Part shown: piece after piece, positions 13,439 to 26,812 of the stretch
Layout: the number at the start of each line of letters is the position of its first letter
How positions within the stretch are numbered: position 1 is the first letter of the stretch
Assembly (NCBI GenBank): GCA_000708835.1
Contig: DF237079.1
Location: forward strand, 62,001-126,000
Direction of reading: 5' to 3'
Source: Klebsormidium nitens
Lineage: Eukaryota; Plantae; Klebsormidiophyceae
DNA: 64,000 nt
The notes under the pieces: generated by a model
Told to the model about the DNA's origin: nothing
The model's input: only the letters and a program-made list of their open reading frames with translations
Databases searched by the model: none
Position numbers and translations under genes: made by a program

Positions 13439-16400
13439 CTAAATCTCATCGTCCTCGTCTTCGAACGGGTCCTTCTCCGGATAGTCACCAACCTGCACGT
13501 ACGATCACGCTGATCAAATCGAAACACGCCGTTATGAATACGAGCTGACGTGACACCCGTCATGGAACGAAACCACTTTTGCCAAGCGCAAAACAACCTT
13601 CGAAACCTCCCTCCGAAGAGGACCTGGGATTGTGCGCCCTCAACCTACCAATCCACGTAACAAAAAACAGAGAAGCTTCTACACCTGGACATCCGACTTG
13701 GCTTCTCAGTGAAGCGTGCGGAAGTTGCTTGGGGCTCTGTTGATCCGCTCACCTTGACCTTGTCCGGTCGGAGCATGCCGCCGTACCCTGGAGCGCACGT
13801 GAAGAAGCGCTCCCCTTTGACACTGCAAGGTGGCCGGCAGACAGGGTCCAGCATGGGCTCTGAATCTTGTGCGCAGAATTTCGACGACTTCCAAATTCGG
13901 ACTTCTATTCTCTCCTCCACACCCGCAAAGAATGGCTCCAAATGGTCAATGAATACATCCGGACGCATGCGAAAAACTGCAAATCAAGCAACTCTTCGTC
14001 CACTTGTACCACTGGGTGGTTCTCCGCCATCGGTCGACGAGCTTGCTAAGTGCCAGAGCCTGAGACAGCCGGATCATGGCATACCGCGACCAGGAACAGT
14101 AGGAAGCTTAACCCACCTGCCGTCGTTCTTGCCAACCGGCTCGTCGTACTTCACCCCAACCCAGTACCCCGGGGGCAGGCCCTTGCAGTTGTTGCCCACA
14201 AACATGACCTCCCCCCGCTTCGCCCCCGGGTCGACTTCGCACCGGTTACCCACCTGCACACGGGCAAGCTCATAGATCGCATCCCTGACTTGAAGGTCGT
14301 TGACATCAGCATCTGAAAGCCCCACGACCCCACTTCCGCCCCCTTGGAACATGGGTGCAGTGCTAACGTCAGCACCCTCGCCCGCCGCAGCTGGGGTAGC
14401 TATCTGCCACGATTCCTTTTGGCGACTCCTCCGTAACGAAGCACTTCTGAAAGGCCCACTGAGTCGGGGACTTTTAGAGGATGTTAGCCATGTTAGCTTT
14501 TTCGGCCTCGAGAACCCAGCAGTTTGAGAACTGGCATACGAGCCAGAAGGCTGGGAGAGACACTTCTAGAGCCGACGAAACAGAAGCACTCAACCGAGAA
14601 GTTTAACTTCGCAGACCCTCCATCGTACACCGCACTAGTCCATCAACAGGTAGAGCACCACTCAATATGCTCAATCCTGGGCAAAACATCTTGGTTCCTT
14701 CTCCTCACCTTGATGCCTTCGGCTAGATCCGCCATGTGATCGGGACCCGGAGCCTGCAAGCGAAACGGCATACAACGTCACGGAATGCTCCTTTTACAAG
14801 CTCGACAAGAGACCAGATACAATGTCCTTATCGTTGCAGCAGTGCTTCAATTAGGTTCGTCGAGCAGGTGGTAAAATGCGTGTCCGGTTAGTGCGAAACT
14901 AGAACGAATCTTTAGGTGACCAAGATACTAGATGTCCAATTTGTAATAGAAATGGAGAAAACGAGCACCTGCCGCTTTGAAGCCACATTCGTTCTAAAAG
15001 GAAGATCTGTTCCAAAAGGTGGAGTATCGGAGCATACCTCTTTCGGAACATACACCTCCCCGTTCCGCTCCGCTAGTTCCTGCACCGTCAAACCGCCATC
15101 AGTTGCCAGCAGCATAGGACTTGAGCATAGATGACAATTCTCATGCAAGCACTCACTGCGTACGGCTCCGCCGCTGCCACAGAAGTCCACCATGTCTTGT
15201 TGGTTGCAGACTTCAAAGGTAGCTGAATCAGGCCCTTCACACATGGACTCCTCCATTCGACAACCGATGGACAATTCGTGCAAAGGAAACAAGGAGGAAA
15301 TTGCAGAAGAGCAATCTGCTTTGAGTATGCGCCCAAAGATCCAAAACCCTGGTAGCTTGTCTTTCCGGACTTGAGTTTCAAGTAGAAACAAGCATGGGTG
15401 ACTGAATAGAAGTTCCTGATTCCCCCTCGTCATTTCGCTCTTCCACAAGGCGCGACCAGCCCCCGACTTGAGCAGGCTCGCACAGCTGAGAAAAGGGGGG
15501 CCGTGTTCACATACGAGTCTGCAAAAGACAGTGAATCGGGCCTGCTTGCTCACCTTTTGTAATGTCCATGTTGGATCCTGAGCTAGCTTGGTCTCCTTGA
15601 ACTTTCTGTACGTAACTGTAGGGAAAACAACTATGTGAGAGGGCCCTTTTATTTCAAAAAGAACAAACCTTTTAGTAGACAGAGGGAGCGGTTGGTAGTT
15701 AACAACTTAGCAACAAAAGGTCGGAGCATCTTGCGTCATAATGATTCTCCACCAATATCGGCGATGGGGAGCTCCTAACGGCTGAACTACATTGAAATCT
15801 TTCAACATGAGCTGACCACAGTGACTCTTCGTAGTCAGTAAGTGGTTCAAGGGCAACCAGTCACCTTCTCTTTTGTTGTATGCTTCCTCAGAAATCTGGT
15901 ACTTCTCCACCAACGAGGTGTCCTCGAGCCACCCTCCCACAGAGTGTGATTGAGGGTCAAGGTCGATGATGTGGATCCGATAACTGTCAGGGGATAAAGC
16001 AAGGTTCCATCAGTTCTTCTCAATATTCTTTGCAGATTTCTCAATATTCCCAGAACTTATAGCGACTGACTTATCCAGCAATCATGTTGCACACTCTTAT
16101 GGCGGATGGTAGACCTTGGTTTTCCAGCCAGAGAAACAATCATTGACTTTTTGTTGCTGCATATTATATTGAAGAAGTGCAAAGCACTCATGCTGTGCTT
16201 ATCTTTGAAGTAAGTGCAAAGCCGGTGATCGCAGTGCAGACCACTCAATTTAGACCAGCCCAATGAACGCACCCATCCTGAGGAGAGTAGAAGCCCAGCG
16301 GCCGCCCGCTGTCGCTCAGGTCCGCAACTTTCTTGCCAGACTCATCAAGGAGTTGTAAGACCATGGACTCCACAGCGGTTCCAGAGTGTGATCTCAAGCG

Positions 16401-16816
16401 CTCCTTTACGCCCTCAATGCTCGTCTGCAAAGACAGAAGATGGCATCAGTGGTGGACTGCAGATCAGTACACTATAGATGGATCAGCTCCTTCGTCCAGA
16501 AAGAATTCTCTTGCATTCCTATCAAAGACAGTAGTGGTTGTAGGAAATGTTCCCCTTTGTGAGGCAGAAATATTGATACTGATGACGGACGTCGACACAC
16601 AGATTTTGGGAGAAGCAAAGGCAGTTTCGGCAAAGAGATGGCTCCATTTGCAGTGATCATGTAACAGCTTACGTGGAGGTCAAATCGCAGCTCCATGAAG
16701 CGCTGCTTCAGGTTGCTGTGGGAAACATTCAGCAACACAGTGTCGTCTGCCTTATTCTGACTTGAAGGCCCCTGTACATACGCCTTCAGAGCTTGCATAT
16801 CATAGACAGTCCCCAT
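13439..16816 (-). CDS. TBCB: Tubulin-folding cofactor B (ubiquitin-like + CAP-Gly), 9 exons
   Basis: Exons 16816-16676, 16424-16273, 15983-15865 ([23 protein letters not shown]), 15615-15554, 15079-15038, 14753-14709, 14251-14117 (VGNRCEV...[20 protein letters not shown]-Gly), 13822-13753 and 13492-13439 ([16 protein letters not shown]). Confidence 0.93.
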
Positions 16817-17099
16817 GATTGACTACACCGCTTCTTCTTGGGCCCCAACCAAACGTATTCAGTGCGTCCTTGCTACCACCGCTCGACTCCTCTGTTATCC
16901 TCTTGTAATTGCTGCCTGAAGCAGCAGAAAGGACTTTCACCACCACAAGGACCTTGTTTGAATGAAGGTTAGTCAAAGCACTGAACCACTGAACAGATGC
17001 CGTATAGCCGTCCAAGGGAAAGAGCTGCTTTGCTTTATCCAGAAAATGAGAGATCATTGGATCATGAGCTGATCAACAGTGAGCTTGGAAGGTGGAACC

Positions 17100-17108
17100 A
17101 AACCCTAA
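17100..17108 (+). promoter_or_regulatory. Telo-box (AAACCCTAA) in the TBCB / HicB-like divergent promoter
   Basis: Exact AAACCCTAA match lying between two divergent start codons. A single 9-mer is weak evidence. Confidence 0.35.
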
Positions 17109-17288
17109 GTTTTGTGCGGACGATGTCTGGACGGTGGACAGGCGCAAACCTTGAAGTATTCCGGACGTCCGATCAGCCTCAAACCCTTGAATCACGGACG
17201 CGGCCGCGGGCTTCGCGCACGTCACAGCGCCGATTGCATACGCTACCTGTGATACAACTCGGACACTAGAGTCACTTGAGAAGAAAGG

Positions 17289-17654
17289 ATGGCAGAATTC
17301 TTGCGCCGGGTACTAGGGCAAGAACTAAATCAGCCGTACCCACTCTGCTGCAAGTACAGCAAGGCAGAAGGGGAGTGGGAAGGTCGCTTCCCAAACTTCC
17401 CAAACGCCCGGGTGTACGGGGAAAACGTCGAGGAACTGACCGCAAAGGCTGCACATTTACTTCCAATCATAGCGAATATGTTCCTGCTGGCCGAGAAAGA
17501 CCTCCCAAGTCCCTCAGCTGTATACGCAGAAGAGGATCATGTGATGCAGATTCCCCTCCGTTGGGATGCTGTCATCCAGGTCGTTGCTGAGGCAAGAAAC
17601 TACCAAGTCTGCCAAGAGATCATGAAGAAGCGATGCAAAAGATCCCGGCTCTGA
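17289..17654 (+). CDS. Intronless 121-aa protein with a HicB antitoxin-like (UPF0150) N-terminal domain
   Basis: YPLCCKYSKAEGEWEGRFPNFPNARVYGENVEELTAKAAHLLPIIANMFLLAEKDLPSPS aligns by eye with the HicB pattern Y...e.eeggy.v.FPdlPg..t.GetleEa..na.eal......l..g..lP.Ps. The start context is good (aaggATGg). The C-terminus is KKRCKRSRL*. Confidence 0.6.
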   Translation: MAEFLRRVLGQELNQPYPLCCKYSKAEGEWEGRFPNFPNARVYGENVEELTAKAAHLLPIIANMFLLAEKDLPSPSAVYAEEDHVMQIPLRWDAVIQVVAEARNYQVCQEIMKKRCKRSRL

Positions 17655-19525
17655 GGAAGGATAACATCCATGGTCCCTTGCGAAACGTGATTCCAGAGGT
17701 ACTATTCTCAGCATATTAAACTTCGTGTGCAACGACGTAAGGTCAATATTATGGATGATAATCGTTACACGTTGGCTTGACTAGTGATGTGCAACTCCAA
17801 AATGATTTTGACCTGAATCCTTTTGCAACAAGCAAGTGCATTGTCAGAGAATGCTTCGATTTTTATGGACCGGATTCTGGAGACGAGATCGTCTGGCTCC
17901 ATGGTTGTTGTCCAAGCTGCATGTTATCTTCAAGCATTGTAAGTTTTCAAACTCAAGCCAAAGCAGACTGAATCCAGATCATCCAGACCTGCATGCAGCA
18001 CCCACTGTTCAATTCAGCACATGATACTACAAACCGCTTGCAGGTTCCATCTTGCTTCCATGTTTGAATTTCCCTCATAGAGTCTCCCCACTGACTAAGC
18101 TATGAAGCTGTATAATGAGCGGGGCAGGGGTTTCGAATGAACGACCCGTCGCGTCATGTATCCCAACTCAGAAACTGCACGAGATCGAGCCAATAGAAAC
18201 GATGCCGACCGTCTCTATCAGATCTTGTTATATGCATGATACCGTACTCATGCCGCCAATCAACTTCGCACCTGTATCTGTCTTCCTTGTGGCCTTCAAG
18301 GTACTGAGTTCACCAGCAGGGTTCGTGTACTACTATAAGAATTCTGAATTCAGTGTTGTGTACGGTACGATTGCAAAGGTCACAACTTCGGTTAGTATCG
18401 TGATAGAAGCTTTGGAGCCCCTTTGGAGTTCAGCATAGCCCATAGAGACACCGTGACAGTAGCCCCAAGGTACATACTCATGAGTCTACATGTAGGTACG
18501 TTGTGAGAAGCCTCTAGCTTAGCATTCAGCAAGCGCGCTTGCGGAAAACAGCTAGAGATCGAGAAACTTTTTAACCCGGATTATTGCATTGAATTTCATT
18601 TCATGATTTGGAGCGCCTGTTTGAACTTTGCAGGGCTATACAAGGACCACGCGCCTTACATAACGTCTTTTGCACGCATGGCTTTTGGACGACTCCAAAC
18701 TTTCAGAAAACGTGAGTTGATTACATATATATAGTCATCTAGCTTGGCTCGACACATGAGTTGCAACATCAAAAACCGGAGTCCCTTTCCACTATAGCGC
18801 ACCATGCATCGCAAACCAACATGCAGCTTTGATGTTACTTAGTACGCAGCCATGCCCACGGGGGCCCTCAGTTCAGCCACATTGACAATTATTCGTCGAT
18901 TGGTGCGCTGGACTAGACAATGTGCAGGAAGGTCACTTAATTGCAGAACAAGAGAAATGAGTAGCTGCTTTGACTTCATGAGCCTCTAGCGAACCGCACG
19001 GCCGGCACAAAGCTAAGGATCAAATACGTGGTGTTTTAAGCAACCATCTAAGCCATCGATGTAACTGCCCACTGAGCTGTAGCACACTTGACTGTTATGG
19101 CTGGTGTTGACGAAGTTTGCCGACCAAAAACCTTAAAGAATTGCTTACTTTAAATTATAGCTGTCAAGGTCAAGTACCTCTGTTTGACTGTATAAAAATC
19201 AAGTGTCAACCAAAAGCTTGTAGCTGAAGTAACTTCAGCAGGTCAACCTGTTACAACCGATGGTCACAAGCGCCACTGTGCTCAGAGCAGATTGTCCCAG
19301 CACGCGTGACGGCAGTGAGAGGTTCGACTCATCCGAACGTCTTAATAAGTTGCCTTTGTAGGACTATGTTGCTGTCGGGTCTCCTATCAACAATCGATTA
19401 AATATGCTTTCAGCCCCGGGAGACAAAGAACCGACTCTCCTTTGACAAATTCATCTCTGTGAGCAACACAAACTTTGGGTATGTACAAGATATCATCAAC
19501 TCGTTTTTGACCCATCGACCGCAGG

Positions 19526-22500
19526 TCACTTCTCAGGCGTTGCCGGCGTCGCAGGAGCGGCCACCGGGATGTCGCTGACTGTGTCCGGTGCTGGCTGCAT
19601 TTCCGGCGCCTTGGGCGGAACCGGCGCCGGAACGGGAGGAACCTCTTCGGGCAGGTACTTGTGCCACGTCATCTTGAAGCTGATGTTGCCACGGAGTTGG
19701 TCCGCGTTCTTCGCTTTGGCCTTCTGCTCCTCGGGCATGAAAAACGCCTCCACGTGGAGGTCTTGGGAGACGTTCCGTTCCTCGCCGTCCGCAATTCCGG
19801 CGAGCGGAATGACGGCCATGCCGATGAAAGTTGCGCGGCCGAGGACTTCCTGGTCCATGATGACAACAGTCAAATTCTGGAGGGCGGGATCCTGCGAAAG
19901 GGGACAAGGAACACAGTCAGCGTAATCAGAGTTTGAAACGGAACCAGGATAAGCAGAGCCACCTAGGGTGCTCCGATTTAGGAGCCACTGTGACGTCCGC
20001 GAGGGCTCTGTGTAGCATATGGAAGTAACCCAACTAACAATGCGACTGAAGACTGAAAGATACACATGGATTGAGTTTCAAGGTCAAAAAGCACAGAGGT
20101 TGCTCGGTTAAGGTGAGGTGTCCACCAGTATCCAGGAAGCGGTTATCGTGGGAAACAGACAGTGCATGGGAAGGAGACTCGGTCCGTGAACGGCAACATC
20201 TACGCGGCATAACAGGACCACTTGCGGACCTTCGCCAGGTGCGGGGTGTTGACCGAAGGAACTCTTTGCAACCACGTGCAATGACCGTTAGCATCACAAG
20301 ATTTCTACGATTCATATAATGACGGGGTGGTATCAGAAACGTTAACCGCGCGGAACGAAAGGAGCAAAAGGAGCCGCAGAAAACAGCGAGAATTCACTGG
20401 ATTCTCGGAAAGCCAGAAAGTTCACCGGAAGCTCAGACTCAAGCTATGATAGCGTTGAAACGGGAGGTCGCCTCAGCAAGCGTGGTCCTCGAAATGAGAA
20501 GACAGAAAGTGCTGGAGTGCATGCACGATCCAAGGATGCTGGCGAAGATTCGGGACCAGCCGGCGGAGCAGAATGTAGAGGAATGTTGGCGACAAAATCT
20601 GCTGACGGCCTGAGGAAACCGTCAGCCTCGGGCACCATAAAATCGCACCCAAGATGTTGCACGGCCAGTCTGCAAACTCTCAGGTGCGAGTTTTACGACA
20701 GTCGACCATATGGCATACTCCCTGCCTTTGTGGTAGCTATCGAACACTTCGTCGAAATCAACATCTTGGGTCCCAGGTGAAGGGCCCCAAGAGCGGCACT
20801 GTCGCACCTCGACCATGACTTTGAGCTCCTCCTCCCACGTGGGGTTCCGGGTGTTGATCTGGGGCGTCGTCTTGATGATGCGGTCCGCCTTCTTGCGCAC
20901 TGCACCGAACAAGTCTCGATTCATTGGGGAGAGAAGCGCGTGAATGATGATGTTAAGCTGAGGGGACGGGTGGGCTTAGTGTGGGGGTTAGAGTGGGGTT
21001 AGGGTGGGTTAGGGTTATGAGTTCGTCTGTGCCACAGAAGAGTGGTGTTGATATTCGTGGAGCTTATGCATCATAGAACCAAGAGTAGCACGAGAACGGG
21101 TCAGGGACCCCGGCCCAGTCGCTGTTGCTCAGAAAACATACCATGTCAACAAACCGCTTCGCTTCGGCCGACTTCATTAAGGTCCTGTGTCAAGCGAAGA
21201 GAGTGAACGCTCATCTGCGGTCCTCCGGACCAACGAGAACGCTTACAATCAATCACGTGGCACAAAAAGTACAGACCTAGTACAGAACGGTAGTTTACAA
21301 AGCTGTACGTGGACCGGAAATGCGAAGCTGGCGAGCCTAGCAGTTTTCGGTCGACGCAGAACCTTACTATTATGGTCGAAGTAGTCATGCACCGAGTCGA
21401 ACTTCTTGGCTCAGACCATGGGCAACTTTCTGAAACTTTAAAGTTTAGCTTCCATTTCGGGAGAGTCAACCCAGTACGACGTGGCCCACGATCAGACGGG
21501 AAGGCGAGCTGGTACGTACCATAAAACCAGACGATGGGGTCCGGTACCCCTGCCACGTCAGTGAGGCTGCGCATGGTGGGGAGGTCGGCGCAGGCGATGC
21601 TCGAGATCCGCAACTCGCCAGAAGGCCAGAACAAAAGGTCCCTGCACGGATGCGGAAGCGGATTCCGCTATGTTGGCGAAATGACGCGCTCTGTTCCAAG
21701 TTTGGACTCTTCGGATGTCTGTGGATTGTGGCGGACTGTGCAGATCAGAAGCACGTGCTTTCCGACTTCGCTGCCAGGTAAAACTAATAAAAGTACAAAC
21801 CGAGAAGAAACGGTCTTTGGATACAGTCACCGGAAGATGAATTTCGACTCATCATTCCACAACGAAGTTTGGAGGCTTGCAATGGAAAGTTGAACACGTT
21901 ACATAAGAAGCGACTGCCGGCACGTCTTTCGCTCATCGAAACGACCATGTCTTATATAATTGCCCGTCTCCCGACAAGCAATCTCGCCAACTTGGCAGAC
22001 AGCCAGAAATTTTGAAATCTTCCATTGCCCATACGCATCGAGGTCGGAGTCGCGTCGGAAATCATAAGCGATGGCAGAAGTACCCAGACCAATCGCAGCA
22101 AGTTCAACAGGCAGCCAGAGACAGCCTCGATTCTCCTCGAGCAGGCGCCCCCAAAAACCAGTCCTTTCAAACCAGGTGGCAGCGAGCGGCTCACTTGTAA
22201 TTATCCTCCCGTGGGATGATTGGCACCTGCACGTGGGGTCGTGACGTCAGCTTCCTGGGCCGGTGCTGACATCAGGACCGAATCTCGGCGAGAAGCGTCT
22301 CGGTGATGGTGTGAATGGAGAGACGGGTGCACAAATCGCAAACAATGGAATCAATGCCCGTCACGGGCATTGCAATCACACTTTCATCAGACATTGTTTG
22401 CCTTCAGAAAAGATATTTGACTGTGCTGAATCGGGGTAAGGACCGGGCTGGTAAAGCTTGAAGGACGGGGTCTCTTGAAGCCCCGATTTAAATGCTCCAT

Positions 22501-25500
22501 TTGAGCACTTTGGGCGGCAAAATTTTAGCCCAAGAGCCAAAGCGTGCAGACTTGTTGTCTAGAGGGACTCACCACGATTCGGTTGGGCCATTGCAGGGCG
22601 TCAACGATGGCACCCTTGACAGTGCTGCAGAATAAGGGAGCCGTCTGATATTGTGAGCAGATGAATACCCGCAATAATCTAATTGGTCACGTGCACGTGT
22701 TGAGTACAGGTTCGCTCCTCTGACAGACGCCATCCGTTAAAAAACTCTGAGAAGCGTTTGGCAGGTCAACAAAGCACCTCAAAACTAAGGGGCACACATA
22801 GGCCAACGACAGAAGCTCTTCGACCCCCAACATAAAATCTCCGTTGGGAGCCCCGGAACATGTGGCATGGGACTGCTGTATGGATCTTCTTGCGTAAAGT
22901 GATTAAGTTAACATCCTGTGGCGCGAGAAGCACAAAGAAATGCGGTTGAGTCTATTCAGGAAAAAAGAGTTGGACTCGGTACTCCGACCCACAATCGAAG
23001 AGCAAGTAACCCAAAGCCGATTGCTTTTAGGCAGAACTAATGTGTTCGCTCTACCTGCAATCAACGACTCAAGATCCTGAAAGGTCTTTTGGACGAGTAC
23101 TTGAACTTCGCGAACGCCGGATACATGCGACAAGGACTTTTGAGACAACAAGAAGGCTTGCCATGTGAAGAGGGGGGAAGGAGTTGAAAAAACGACGACA
23201 CATGCGACCCACCTCATTCACGGGCAATCTTACACGATCACGTTCCACGAGCGCTCCTCTGAGCTCGTTTTCAAAGAAAGCCGAACATGTGACCGACAAA
23301 GGATGGGTGCAAACAGCAGAGCTGGATTGGAAGGAGAGGTGACGTCACCTGTCGATGAGAGCATCCAGCCCGGGTATCAGGTTGGTGACCCCGCCAAGCG
23401 CCTCGATTTGGAAGTTCACGTGGGGCTGCAGAAGGCATCCGCACAGGGATCAGACGCCGAAAATTGCATGAAGTTGGGTCAATTGATATGAGCTCTGAAT
23501 AATACATTCTGAAAAGACGTGTGTGTTGAGGACGGGACAGTCTGCCAACGGGTTTGCAGAAGCTGCTACGGTCGGAAGCGTTTTGGGGTCGCCAGAAAGA
23601 GCGCAGCAAAGTTGCCTAGCTTTGATCTGGCTTCTGGTGAGCGGCTTTCGATAGTGTTGAAGTCTTCCAAGTCCCTAATGGACGCCCCCCGTATATTAAA
23701 CAGGGCGAGTAAAGTTTCATCACATCTGGAGACGCTGACGACATAGGATGCTTGCTATCCTGGGGACCCCTCTGTCGGGGTCTTTCTCGAACCGTCGGGC
23801 GGATGACACTACAGATCCGTAAGAGCAGTCCTGACTTAAACCCCTTTAGGACTTTGGCAATAATGTCAAATCAATTTCCAAGACTATCGTTTGTCCGTAG
23901 GTTGATTTTGGAGGGCAAGAGTAAAGTGTGGGCTCGCATGCGTTCAGAACGTCTGGATCATTCGTCCCTCTTACTCTCTCGCAAATCGAGGGCCGCTTAG
24001 AATCGTCTCACTATCTAGGAAAGGCCTGCAGCCAAACCTCGACAGATGAGACTCAGAACGTCCGAAGGACAAACGCAGGAGTGAAGAAATGAGCACATTT
24101 TGTAGGAAGCCCAACTGGCAGGAGAAGGGAAGAAAGGAGGGACAGACCTCTTCCTGGATTGCAATCGTCATCGCCCCGAAGCAGGGCAGCAGCACGCCGG
24201 TGAGCGGCTTAAACGCAATGCGCATCCACGCAACCAGGTCCAGATCCTTGAGCTGCAAAAAAAGAAGGCTTCTCGCTCAGTAACCTTGCGTTCAGGTGTA
24301 AGAGGTTAGGTCTTCTTTTCGAAGGTTGCAAGGTATTCTGGTGCTTGGTGGTTTGAAAGCGAAGGCTTTGAGAAACACCGAGGTGCTCGCAGATTGGAAC
24401 CAACATAAACTTCGGAGGCTGATAGTCACAATGAGAGTCGGGGAGGCTAGGACTGAAGAGATTCGAGAAGTCCACGATGTCAGATGTTGAACTGCTACTA
24501 GCTCCATGTTTTCAACGGTTTCGCGGCTACAACTGCGTGCAGACTTGACGGATAGTAGAAGAATCACAGTTGAAAATAGCAAGGGCCACTGCCAAAGTGG
24601 CCTTCGGGAGCTAGCTCAGAAGCTTCGCAAACAGGACAAAAAGTGCGCCGTGTATACATGAAGACAACTGAAATGTTGAACGACTGATTTGTCATCGGGA
24701 GGAGGAGATTGGAAGATTTTCGTAGGCACAGGGTACTCGGAAAAACCATTGAAGGTCGGAATTGGCAAGGGCTTTGTTCTGCAATACTACCAACAGAAGC
24801 ACTGACGAGAAAGAGTCGTGAACCTGGTCGCTGACACGAGTTTCCTTGATCAGCAAAGGAGGCATCAGCATTCACAATGAAGACTCAAATCAGGACTTCC
24901 GTTAAGGTTCACAATGACAAATACATTAGCGCGCGCACCTTGATTGCGAGCGCAAACGAGAAGCGCGGCTTGATCTCCAGGACCATCGTCGGCTTGCCTT
25001 TCATCCAGTCCAGCTTAACATCCAGTAGGATCTCATCCGGCTCGTGTTCAGTACGGACGCGCACCTCTGGTCAACCAGCAGAAAGAAAGCTTCAGACTTC
25101 ATGTTCAGCTCTTCAAGTTTCTAGGGCTTTCGGGCAGGACTTTGGGCAACCTCTGCTCTAAGATCGAGCAGGATGTCACCAAGTCGGTCCTGAGAATGGC
25201 AAATCGTTACCTCGCGGTTACTTCGAAAGGCCCCTGCAAGAGAATACATGTTATGGTCGCCAAGTGCTCAGTGCTCTCCCTCCTCTAAAAGCCGAGTCCT
25301 TGACACGTGCTAATGCTACTTCCGTAAGCAAGTTGGCGCTCTCAATGCTTGCGACACAGCAAGGATCAATGTTCTGTACCAATGTTACCAGAATGGTTCT
25401 ATCTGATGGGAAGGTTTCCTTGGATGGCTGGGGGAGATAATGCTGATCGAGCGTCGTATCTACGTGTCAGCAATGACTCCTCCAAAATGCAGAGAGTTGA

Positions 25501-26812
25501 CGACATGAGTGATTTTACAAATGTAAAGACAATTCCAGCCTTCTTTGCAGTTCCTCGCTTCTGCATCGCACTCTGTCGCAAAAAGTCAACGGAAGAGCTC
25601 ACTGAAGTGCCTGCCTTTGGACAAACAACAAGTTCCGAAAGTATCAATAGAGATTGTCAAGTCTGGCCTTTGTGCATTTCCCCCACTTTGCAAAGACTTT
25701 CCCAGACAGTAGGGGACAAGAACGAAAGGACAAAGCAAAGGACTTACCTTGGAATACAGGTGGCACTTCCCCCAGGTCTAGGCTCTTCACCCGCATCACT
25801 TCAATGGCATCCGGCTGATATTGCTTCAAAATGCCGTCAATTGACTCTCTGGCGACCTTAGAAGCAGCCTCGTTCAGGCTGGGCCAACTTTGTTGCAGGA
25901 AGGCGTTTAGCCAATTAACCTGTGTGAAAGTGAGTGTTTCTGATATGGAGCTCGGATGTCATTGTAGATTCTAAGCCGGCGATTTTGTGGTTGCTATGCG
26001 AACTGCTTTGACTAAGCAACAATGTGTTATTAGCATTTTGTGACACAGTGGTGAGTTGGGTGATTGTGAAAATGATCAGAGCCAGAACCAGTGTCTGCTG
26101 CATTGAGTGGAATTGACCAATCTGCCTGGCTCTGTAGACATATGCACTGCAACGTGGGGCTGAAACTTTGGTCGAGCATACTCTCAAAGATGCCTCTTCG
26201 ATGAATCTTAAAAAGAAAACTATTGGAGCTACACGCTTTTCTTCCTACTTTCAATGCCAGCTATCTTCAAGCTACCAGATGTCCAGGTCATCATGTGCAA
26301 AACATTTTCTCTTTTTAAACAGTAATCTGACTTTGAGACTTTGAGGTTTGACTTTTCCACAATGTGGTTCTTGAAAAATCAACATCCTTTCAATGAAGCT
26401 CACTGCATTGCGCCTTTTATCCTTGATGTCTGATGATTCCAGGCGCATTATACATTCACATGAAAATAGAAGGATGCAGAACAAAGCTCACATCCTCCCA
26501 CGGTCCAGCCTCATCCAATGGCGGCGCTGTGTGCACAATGCTCGTCGGTGTTAAGACTGGCTGCTGAAGTCCTGGCTCCTCATGGACTGAGCTAATGCGG
26601 CTCAGATGCTCAGCTGCAGGGGCCCCGTTCACACCGCCTTTCTCAGCCATGCCGTTCCTGTTCAGCAGAGGCGCCGGGGGGCCTGCAGGGGCCAACTCTG
26701 GAGGACTGACAGGGGCAGGCTCGTCAGAGGGGCCGGCTAAGTTGGTGGGCAATTCCCTTGAGGTGGTTTCAGGTGCAGGTGCGCCGAGGCACTTTTGAAG
26801 AGCGCCGCCCAT
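19526..26812 (-). CDS. Synaptotagmin-like SMP + single C2 protein (CLB1/SYT7-like) with a Pro-rich tail
   Basis: Exons 26812-26492, 25919-25748 (VNWLNAFLQQSWPSLNEAASK...LDLGEVPP), ~25066-24944, 24252-24148 (RIAFKPL..LLPCFGA), 23425-23349, 22624-22573 (AIVDALQWPNRIV), 22226-22195 (VPIIP), 21651-21520 (GVPDP), 20899-20808 (NTRNPTWEE) and 19891-19526 (RGNISFKMTW). The start codon is uncertain, and a short exon between 26492 and 25919 may have been missed. Confidence 0.85.
20962..21017. repeat. Degenerate G-rich TTAGGG-like tandem in an intron
   Basis: GGGTGGGCTTAGT GTGGGGGTTAGA GTGGGGTTAGG GTGGGTTAGG GTTA. On the transcribed minus strand this gives repeated CTAAC units. Confidence 0.6.

Noticed and set aside
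16997-18438. HicA toxin partner next to the HicB-like ORF
   Set aside because: None of the flanking ORFs (16997-17269, 17777-17971, 17836-18024, 18115-18438, or the minus-strand ones) shows the HicA G(S/T)H motif or a basic dsRBD-like pattern.
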